From Candidatus Helarchaeota archaeon (GTDB lineage Archaea; Asgardarchaeota; Lokiarchaeia; Helarchaeales; RDOG01): a DNA stretch of 13,843 nucleotides. Positions 7,676-13,843 of this stretch are shown piece after piece. Numbering within the stretch: the first letter of the stretch is position 1; each line of letters opens with the position of its first letter. The translations under genes and the position numbers were made by a program. The stretch lies in assembly GCA_029838215.1 (NCBI GenBank), contig JALGVI010000080.1:1-13843 (forward strand), in the 5' to 3' direction. The notes under the pieces are model-generated. The model ran no database searches, had not been told where the DNA came from, and worked only from the letters and a program-made list of their open reading frames with translations.

Positions 7676-7731
7676 GATTAATCCTTCAGCTCCTTGGTTA
7701 TTCGTTTTTGTGAATTCTTTTCTCAAAAATT

Positions 7732-7750
7732 TCAGGTTTTTTTTACCTGA
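7732..7750. promoter_or_regulatory. Inverted repeat TCAGGT-T7-ACCTGA, candidate transcription-factor site
   Basis: Perfect 6-bp arms in the divergent intergenic region between the CDP-alcohol transferase gene and trmO. Confidence 0.3.
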
Positions 7751-7840
7751 GCTTGTTATAGAGGCTTTTTATTAGCATTATTTTAAATGTTTCTCAACCA
7801 ATTTAATTAACAAGATAAAAACGAATGAGAAGACGATATC

Positions 7841-8329
7841 TTGAAGGAAATAACATTTCAGCCAATCGGCATCATCCATTCGCCGTTTAAACGTCCCGAA
7901 GGAACACCCATTCAATTCGTGGGAGGAAAAAACATTCGCGGAACGATCGAAATCTTCCCGCAATATGTTGAAGGATTGAAAGATCTCGAAGGATTTTCTC
8001 ATATCTTCCTCATCTATTATCTTAATAGAGTCTCGAAGCGATCTTTGGTTGTAAAACCATATATGGATGATAAACTCCGCGGAGTTTTCGCCACGAGAAG
8101 TCCAAGCAGACCAAATCACATCGGATTATCAATTGTTCGGTTGATTAAAATCTCAAAAAATCAATTGGAAATCCAAGATCTCGACATTCTGGATGCAACT
8201 CCACTTCTAGACATCAAACCGTATGTCCCAGAAGTCGACACGAGAGAAAATTGTAAAATTGGATGGATGAAAGACAAAGTTGGAAAGTTTAAAAGCACTC
8301 TTGCCGATAAAAGATTTCACGCCCCTTGA
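7841..8329 (+). CDS. trmO: tRNA (N6-threonylcarbamoyladenosine(37)-N6)-methyltransferase TrmO (TsaA/YaeB family), single-domain form
   Basis: PIGIIHSPF...TPIQ, GLKDLEGFSHI, GVFATRSPSRPNHIGLS and DILDATPLLDIKPY. TTG start. 162 aa, no C-terminal domain. Confidence 0.9.
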   Translation: MKEITFQPIGIIHSPFKRPEGTPIQFVGGKNIRGTIEIFPQYVEGLKDLEGFSHIFLIYYLNRVSKRSLVVKPYMDDKLRGVFATRSPSRPNHIGLSIVRLIKISKNQLEIQDLDILDATPLLDIKPYVPEVDTRENCKIGWMKDKVGKFKSTLADKRFHAP

Positions 8330-8355
8330 AACCATACCATTACTTCGAAATGTTC

Positions 8356-9027
8356 TTAATTTTTCTTTTTTCCAAGATAAAATCTCGAATTCTTCAGTAT
8401 TTGAAGGGCTTCCTTATCATCCACGTCGTACCAGTGCTTGTAGGCATCTGCAACGGCAAATGGCGTGGTCCGAATATTAGGACAAACGACTTCTCGGACT
8501 AATGGCTCGATTCGGGATATTGTTGAATCAGGTGCCGTAGGAACTGCAACTATCAAGGATTTTACATCTTGATCTTTCAAGGATTTGATAGCTGCGATCA
8601 TCGTAAATCCTGAAGCCAAACCATCATCCACCAAAATCACGTGTTTCTCTTTTACGTCTAGTTTCCTTTCTTCCAACTCATAAAGCTTTATTCTTTCTTC
8701 GATATTCTGTCTTGTTTGCTTGACTTGCTTGTCGATTTGATTTCGTGATAATTGAAGGTGCTGAAGAAGGGTTTCATTAAAGATGATCGTTCCATCTGAC
8801 GTTATTGCACCAAATCCTGCTTCTGGATTGTAAGGGATTTTAATCTTACGTACAATCATTAAATCGTATGGTATTTCGAGAATTTGAGCCACCGATTCTG
8901 CAACAGGAATGCCTCCATTTGGAATGCAAAGAATGAGCGCATTTTCTGTTTTATTCTTTAACAGTCCCGCTAAAACTTCACCTGCGTGTTCCCGATCCCG
9001 ATAGATTCCTCTCTTTCCGTGAAAAAT
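8356..9027 (-). CDS. Type I phosphoribosyltransferase family protein (DRxxAG / IPxGG N-terminal subfamily); start codon non-canonical or damaged
   Basis: PRPP loop VILVDDGLASGFTM, VRKIKIPYNPE, VAVPTAP and FAVADAY. Manual translation shows the frame open for 45 codons upstream of GTG 8892 (IFHGKRGIYRDREHAGEVLAGLL...LCIPNGGIPVAESV) up to an in-frame TAA at 9028-9030. Confidence 0.85.
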   Translation of the reverse strand: MFHGKRGIYRDREHAGEVLAGLLKNKTENALILCIPNGGIPVAESVAQILEIPYDLMIVRKIKIPYNPEAGFGAITSDGTIIFNETLLQHLQLSRNQIDKQVKQTRQNIEERIKLYELEERKLDVKEKHVILVDDGLASGFTMIAAIKSLKDQDVKSLIVAVPTAPDSTISRIEPLVREVVCPNIRTTPFAVADAYKHWYDVDDKEALQILKNSRFYLGKKKN

Positions 9028-9098
9028 TTAACGCACTCTCCTGAATTTTCCCTTTTTAATCGTTAAAAATTTTTTAAATTAATAATGAATCTTGAATC

Positions 9099-9998
9099 TC
9101 AGTTCGCTCTATGCCGTATTGTAAGGTTTGGTCCTCCTTTGTCGTTGACCAAATATTCCTTGATTTGTTCATTCAAGGATGGAGGAAGCTCGTTCCATGT
9201 AATGCAGGCGATTTTAGTGAACGTGACGAGTTCTGAATAATTTAATGATAAATTTGTATAACCGGGACTTGTTGGTTGCAAGCAGATATGTGCATAAGAA
9301 TCCGGATTTTCTTCTCTATGAATGAAAACGTTCCCAGAATTTAGATCTATTCGGAAAAAATGAGTATCACGGAATATCAATGCTTCCGTTTCAGAATAGG
9401 AAATGCCCATGTCTTTCAACAATTCAATAAACGATTCCGATGTTTTCCTATTCCTGACCCTGAATCGCGTGCTTTGTGGATTAGCGCGAAGGGTTTCAAG
9501 CATGACTGATGCAAGCTCGGTGATTGCACCTTCAATATCTTCCTGACTTCCTCCTTCAACGTAATGACATGGTATTTGTTCGGCAAGACCTCTCACGTCT
9601 GCAGCCTGTATTTTTCTCTCATTTACTTTTTCTGCATTAAAACCAAAAAGCACGACAGGCACTCTTCCCACGTACGTCCACAATTCTCTAAGCCACCGAG
9701 GGATTTGAGGATTGAACGTGGAATATTTTGTCAAATCAAAAAATATCACGGCACCGGCTGCGCCACGATAAAAGCTTGAACGAAAAAAAGAAAATCTTTC
9801 TTGTTCAGTGATGTCCCAAATTGAGAGCGTGATTCTATCATCGTCGTTTACGGGAATGTCTTTTGTATAAACATCACAACCAATGGTTTTTTTATAATTT
9901 TTTCCAAAACTACCGCGACAAATTCCATGCAATAAATCACTTTTTTTCCTCTCACTTCCTCCTCCAATCGCTACTATTTTTAACTTGTAAACTCCCAC
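9099..9998 (-). CDS. Rab-like small GTPase domain with degenerate nucleotide-binding motifs, fused to a ~125-aa C-terminal domain of unknown function
   Basis: KIVAIG..., KTIGCDV, TLSIWDITEQERF, SSFYRGAAG, FFDLT, WLREL and VPVVLFG follow the Rab motif order. G1, G3, G4 and G5 deviate from consensus. GTG start, 6 nt after the ThiS/MoaD stop. Confidence 0.85.
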   Translation of the reverse strand: MGVYKLKIVAIGGGSERKKSDLLHGICRGSFGKNYKKTIGCDVYTKDIPVNDDDRITLSIWDITEQERFSFFRSSFYRGAAGAVIFFDLTKYSTFNPQIPRWLRELWTYVGRVPVVLFGFNAEKVNERKIQAADVRGLAEQIPCHYVEGGSQEDIEGAITELASVMLETLRANPQSTRFRVRNRKTSESFIELLKDMGISYSETEALIFRDTHFFRIDLNSGNVFIHREENPDSYAHICLQPTSPGYTNLSLNYSELVTFTKIACITWNELPPSLNEQIKEYLVNDKGGPNLTIRHRAN

Positions 9999-10004
9999 GT
10001 AGAC

Positions 10005-10205
10005 TCAACCACCTTGGAGCTTGGGCAAGATAATTATTTTAGAATCTTCCTGAATCATAGTTTCTAAATCCACGACTTTTTTACCATCAACCAAAACTGC
10101 ATGGTATCTATTGTTGAGTCCCAATTCTATCAAAAGATCCTTCAACCGCTTGCTTTCTTTTAATTGAATCGATTGAAGGAATGATTTCTTTTCGCTCATC
10201 AACAT
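10005..10205 (-). CDS. ThiS/MoaD family ubiquitin-fold (beta-grasp) protein with a C-terminal Gly-Gly
   Basis: 64-66 aa: LKDLLIELGL...AVLVDGKKV...IQEDSKIIILPKLQGG*. ATG at 10205 or 10199, with GGTGG upstream. Confidence 0.88.
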   Translation of the reverse strand: MLMSEKKSFLQSIQLKESKRLKDLLIELGLNNRYHAVLVDGKKVVDLETMIQEDSKIIILPKLQGG

Positions 10206-10316
10206 TCCACCAAAATCATAATAGAATAATTTTAGAATTTAAGGTCTATTTCTAATTCATAAAACAGCATTTCAAGTATGTTGTTCCTTTTTTTTTATTG
10301 CAGATGGAATATTCAT

Positions 10317-10328
10317 TAAAATAAAAAA
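10317..10328 (-). terminator. Oligo-T tract directly after the stop of the intact COG1233 gene
   Basis: The minus strand reads TGA-TTTTTT-A-TTTT and is followed by an AT-rich spacer of about 110 nt. Confidence 0.3.
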
Positions 10329-11813
10329 TCATTCTTTATGTTTTTGATGTTTTCTCAAGATGAGTTTACCGCAAAGCAATCCCGAATGCGTGGCAAGTTC
10401 TGTTCCGATGCCAAAAGATTCTGGTCCCACGTCTGCGCCTGTAAGATATAAGCCATTGATATCTGTCGTGAATCTTGGTTTGTTTTCTCCAACTTGTGTC
10501 GTGGTTTGAGCTAAACCAATACATGGTCCTCCTGCTTTTTCCCAAATCAATTCGGCATTTGTGGGCGTGAAGAAATTCTTCCAAATCACGTGATCATCAA
10601 TATTTGGAAAGATTGTTTTCACTGATTTTTCAAGCATCTGCTTCCATGGCTCATAATTTTGTGTTTCAACTGCCTTGTAACTCACTATTATCGCCGGTAG
10701 CAACAGCTGTTCTCCCTCATCCACCAAATTAGGAGACATGTTCGAAATCACGGGCAGGAAGAGCATTGGCGGATATTCTGGAACTTTACCTGTTGCCAAT
10801 TCTTCAAAATAAAATTCTGATTCTTCTTGCAAGGCAAATAGGAACGGCTCGTTTGTAAGTTTGGTATCAACCAAAAGACGCATGACTAAAACGCCCAAGC
10901 TGGGGCGAAGATCTTGAACTTGTTCAATATAATTTCGGGACCAGTACTCTTTCTTGACAAGGCTTAATGTTTCTTTCACTCCAACATTGCTAATTATGAT
11001 GTCCGATTCAAGAATGTCTCCCGTAGATGTTCTAACACCAACGACCTTTCCATCTTTCACTAGGATTTCCTGAACTCGAATCCCTTTTTTAATTTCTCCG
11101 CCATTTTTCAGTATTCCCTTAACCATTGCATCAGGAATGGCTTGACAACCGCCAATCGGATAGCACAACGACAAGCCTTTTTTATCCAGCATTGACTGCC
11201 CCGTGGCATTAATGACTGCATGAATGGCACGAAATAGTTCTCCCACGGAACCTTCATCAGCATGAGAAACCAATCCTGCGATGAACAGAAAAATTAGAAT
11301 GTCCTTGATTCCCGGAGGGAATTGTTTCTCTTCTAGCCATGACTTAAAATCTAAAGTATCGTATTTCTTCGTCTTTTTTGGTGAAACTCCCCGTAACGTG
11401 TCTGCAAGTTTTAGCAATAAATTCTCATAATTCTTCGGGTCGATTCCTTCAGGAACAACTTCTTGAAAATCAAAAGGAATTGCCCCGTCAGGACCATCAA
11501 TGTCAATTCCTACTGGTCCAAAAACCTTTTCTTTTTTCATTATTAAAAAAGGTATCTTGCGAGAATGAAACCATTCTATTTCATTTTCCACGTGTAGAAT
11601 CTTTAAAACGTCATTGATCGGACCGTATTCACCGCGATTTATGACATGGCAACCGAAATCAATGATTTTTCCTTCACGATCAAATCCTGAACAACGTCCT
11701 CCCAATACTTGATTTTTCTCGAGTAGGAGCGTTTTCCATCCATTAGAAATTAGGACTGCATTGGTAGCAAGCCCACCCAAACCGCCTCCAACGATGATGG
11801 CATCATATTTCAT
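10329..11813 (-). CDS. FAD-dependent oxidoreductase, phytoene dehydrogenase / retinol saturase-like (COG1233), copy A
   Basis: YDAIIVGGGLGG (GxGxxG), LLLEKNQVLGGRC, DFGCH, YPIGGCQAIPDAM...GGEI and C-terminal GLYLTGADVG. 494 aa. GAGGGA SD site upstream. Confidence 0.9.
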   Translation of the reverse strand: MKYDAIIVGGGLGGLATNAVLISNGWKTLLLEKNQVLGGRCSGFDREGKIIDFGCHVINRGEYGPINDVLKILHVENEIEWFHSRKIPFLIMKKEKVFGPVGIDIDGPDGAIPFDFQEVVPEGIDPKNYENLLLKLADTLRGVSPKKTKKYDTLDFKSWLEEKQFPPGIKDILIFLFIAGLVSHADEGSVGELFRAIHAVINATGQSMLDKKGLSLCYPIGGCQAIPDAMVKGILKNGGEIKKGIRVQEILVKDGKVVGVRTSTGDILESDIIISNVGVKETLSLVKKEYWSRNYIEQVQDLRPSLGVLVMRLLVDTKLTNEPFLFALQEESEFYFEELATGKVPEYPPMLFLPVISNMSPNLVDEGEQLLLPAIIVSYKAVETQNYEPWKQMLEKSVKTIFPNIDDHVIWKNFFTPTNAELIWEKAGGPCIGLAQTTTQVGENKPRFTTDINGLYLTGADVGPESFGIGTELATHSGLLCGKLILRKHQKHKE

Positions 11814-11839
11814 TTTCTTCCCTCAAATTCTCGTGTTGA

Positions 11840-13352
11840 TCATTTATTTTCGATATTTCCGTTTAAGATCAATTTGGCACATTCCATGCCACTTTGAACG
11901 GCATTATCCGTTCCTATCCCCCAGACATTTTTACCTATCCCTGTTCCGACAAGGTACAATCCCTCAATGGGCGTTTTTGAATCAAGAGCCTTCTCTCCAA
12001 CCTGATCAGGATATTGACCCACGCGGATGATGCCCCGATCATATTCTGAATGCCATAATTTCTTTAAATCATCGGGTCCAAACACGTCATAAAATTCAAC
12101 GTGGGAGCGGAAATGAGGATAAAAATATTCCATGTAGGATAAAAATTGTTCTGTAACCTGATTTAATGAATAATTTATCTTATCTGGTATGGCGTAACCA
12201 AGTATCAATAATTGCTTTCCCTTCGGTGCCAGTCTTGGAGACATTACCGAAACGGCAGGAATGAACAATGTTAATGGGACATCCGTGAATTGACCCATTT
12301 TCCATTTTTCGAAATCTTCATCAAATCTTGAAGTCACGTTGAAAATAAATGGCTCTTGGGTGACTTCCTTATCCAATGCGATTTTCAAGGAGTAGGGATT
12401 AATGGCGGGTCGAATTTTTTTAATATAGTCTATATAATTATTGGTGAAGTGTTCTTTTCCTACCATGTCAAGTGTTTCTTTTGGTCCGATATTACTGACT
12501 ACAATTGAAGATTCAATGATTTCACCGCTTGCCATTTGCACTCCGCGAATCATGTCCTTGCCTTCAACAACTAGGATTCTTTCCACAGTTTGAGACGTTC
12601 GAATTTCTCCTCCGAATGATTTGATTCCAGCTCCGATCGCATCGGGTATAACCTGACAACTACCGAAAGGATAGCCCAAGGCAAGTGCCTTGACGTTTTT
12701 TGCAAATAGGGATTTTGCATTTGATTGAACCGTGTCTAACAAACATCGCAAGAATTCGCCTGCCGATCCTTCATCTGGCCAAATACAAAGCCCTGCGCAA
12801 AAAAGAAGGTACATGATCAGGCGAACTCCAAGCCCAAATTTCAAATTTTTTGCCTGACACCACTCAATGAATGATAATGAATCAGCTTCGTGCGAATTTT
12901 TATACGTGACACCATTAAGAACCGTTGCCATCTTTGTCAGAACATTATCAAACTCGTCAGGACCGACTTCCGTTCCCATTACGTCATTTAAATCAACATC
13001 TGACGGATAAGGGATGGAGGAACGCTTGGAATTTATGTCTATTCCAAAAGGTCCAACGACTTGGTTTGGTGCCATTAAATAAAACGGAATTCGAGTCAAG
13101 TGGTAAAACGTCACTGCTTCTTGTTGGTTTAAATGGGCAAGAATTTGCCCGATGGGACCAAATTCACTTCGCACGAAAATGTGCGTTTCCATAGTCAATT
13201 GTAAATCCTTTTTTCTTATAGGACGAGCAACGTCCTCCAATGGTTCCATTTCTCTCTAGGATCAGGACTTTTTTCCCTTGCTTCGCCAGAACTCCCGCAC
13301 AAGAAAGACTTGCAAGCCCTGCGCCTAGAAAAATAGCATCATACCGTGCCAA
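11840..13352 (-). pseudogene. Second COG1233 FAD-dependent oxidoreductase (copy B), split by a +1 frameshift at 13186-13188 (true lesion or assembly error)
   Basis: The N-terminal frame (TTG 13352; YDAIFLGAGLAS...ERNGTIGGRC...GFTIDYG) joins the long frame (THIFVRSEFGPIGQ...GLYLVGTG) if one A is removed from GGAAACG. The repaired protein is 503 aa and colinear with copy A. Confidence 0.85.
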
Positions 13353-13374
13353 TTTTCTACCTTCACTTATAATT

Positions 13375-13843
13375 TTATATCGTCATCGTGGAAAGTGCTT
13401 GTATCAATTCCTTAGATACGGCTTGTTTTAAGTCTTCGTCCAAGAATAGTGCTGTCGGAAAGCCAAGAATTCCTCGTACCGTTAATTCGTTAAATTCCTC
13501 GAAATTAGCGATTTTAATTTCATTATCGTTTAGCAATCGCAATAGGTCAAGATCCTCCGAAAAAAACCGCCTGAGCGTCGAAATCGTGAATGAGATGCTT
13601 GGGACTTGTTCATTTATGTTCGATTGTTTTGCCATCAAGACGATGTATGACGGTGGTTGTAGTGGAAAAGTAACTGTTATGGGATTTTTTGGCGTCATGT
13701 TAATGATTAATTCATGGCCACTTGCAGGCAATAATTGTTTCATCAGGATAAATCTTTTATACTCATCTGAAAAGATCTTTCCCAATGCGGTATCAAGAAG
13801 TGCCTGCACGACCTTGAGAAATTCATCTAAAGAGACCTTATCC
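13375..13843 (-). CDS. Hypothetical protein with a probable SCP2 (sterol-carrier / lipid-binding) fold, 5'-truncated by the window edge
   Basis: The frame is open to the window end (DKVSLDEFLKVVQALL...). PSISFTISTLRRFFSEDLDLLRLLNDNEIKI resembles the SCP2 C-terminal pattern. The family call is by eye only. Confidence 0.55.
   Translation of the reverse strand, partial: DKVSLDEFLKVVQALLDTALGKIFSDEYKRFILMKQLLPASGHELIINMTPKNPITVTFPLQPPSYIVLMAKQSNINEQVPSISFTISTLRRFFSEDLDLLRLLNDNEIKIANFEEFNELTVRGILGFPTALFLDEDLKQAVSKELIQALSTMTI

Noticed and set aside
5691-8480. ORFs 5691-6041, 5930-6181, 6407-6604, 6986-7246, 7054-7239, 7539-7775, 7778-8119 and 8280-8480
   Set aside because: They overlap well-supported GT2, CDP-alcohol transferase, trmO or PRT genes and have no motifs or good SD sites.
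9028-9030. Stop-codon reassignment (TAA read as sense) in the PRT gene
   Set aside because: TAA ends several other genes in the window (rph, UPF0280, MFS, the PRT itself), so the genetic code appears standard.
9063-9077. AT palindrome TTAAAAA-T-TTTTTAA upstream of the PRT gene
   Set aside because: It is low-complexity A/T sequence and expected by chance in this composition. It may simply be TATA-like promoter sequence.
10226-10260. TTAGAA-N12-TTCTAA dyad upstream of the ThiS/MoaD gene
   Set aside because: The 6-bp arms are AT-rich and set in a very AT-rich spacer, so they cannot be distinguished from chance.
13205-13220. A-run (AAG AAA AAA GGA) as a programmed -1 slippery site, or TGA 13164-13166 as selenocysteine
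   Set aside because: The needed shift is +1, and the conserved GFTIDYG after the A-run is still in the first frame, so the break is later. Reading through the TGA would not restore homology.
13189-13249. ATG 13249 as the start of a 469-aa oxidoreductase, and 13164-13352 as a separate 62-aa gene
   Set aside because: Both are pieces of one frameshifted gene. MEPLEDVARPIRKKDLQLTM is out-of-frame sequence, and the real N-terminus is in the other frame.
9564-13431. ORFs 9564-9779, 10366-10584, 11378-11617, 11761-12030, 12925-13194 and 13240-13431
   Set aside because: They are shadow ORFs of the GTPase and the oxidoreductases.
1-13843. Eukaryotic origin suggested by the Rab-like gene; also tRNA, rRNA, CRISPR and IS elements
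   Set aside because: SD sites, intron-free dense operon-like packing and prokaryotic gene families argue against a eukaryote. I saw no cloverleaf, repeat-spacer array, terminal inverted repeats or transposase motifs.

Overview
A densely packed, AT-rich prokaryotic window with about 16 protein-coding genes. I could not recognise any tRNA, rRNA, CRISPR array or mobile element. The gene content (Rab-like small GTPase, archaeal UPF0280 protein, short single-domain TrmO, CDP-alcohol phosphotransferase, SCP2-like protein) suggests an archaeon, most likely Asgard (Lokiarchaeia-like); this is inferred, not proven. Left half: a 5'-truncated multi-TM protein, a bacterial-type RNase PH, an amidohydrolase, UPF0280, an unannotated 33-aa single-TM ORF with a strong GGAGG site, a sugar-porter-like MFS with two extra C-terminal helices, a small helical protein, a GT2 glycosyltransferase, a CDP-alcohol phosphatidyltransferase and trmO. 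Right half: a minus-strand run of an SCP2-like protein, two tandem phytoene-dehydrogenase-like (COG1233) flavoproteins (one broken by a single extra A), a ThiS/MoaD ubiquitin-fold protein ending in GG, a Rab-like GTPase with degenerate G1/G3/G4/G5 motifs plus an unknown C-terminal domain, and a phosphoribosyltransferase whose conserved N-terminus has no canonical start codon. All family calls come from motif recognition by eye; no database searches were run.
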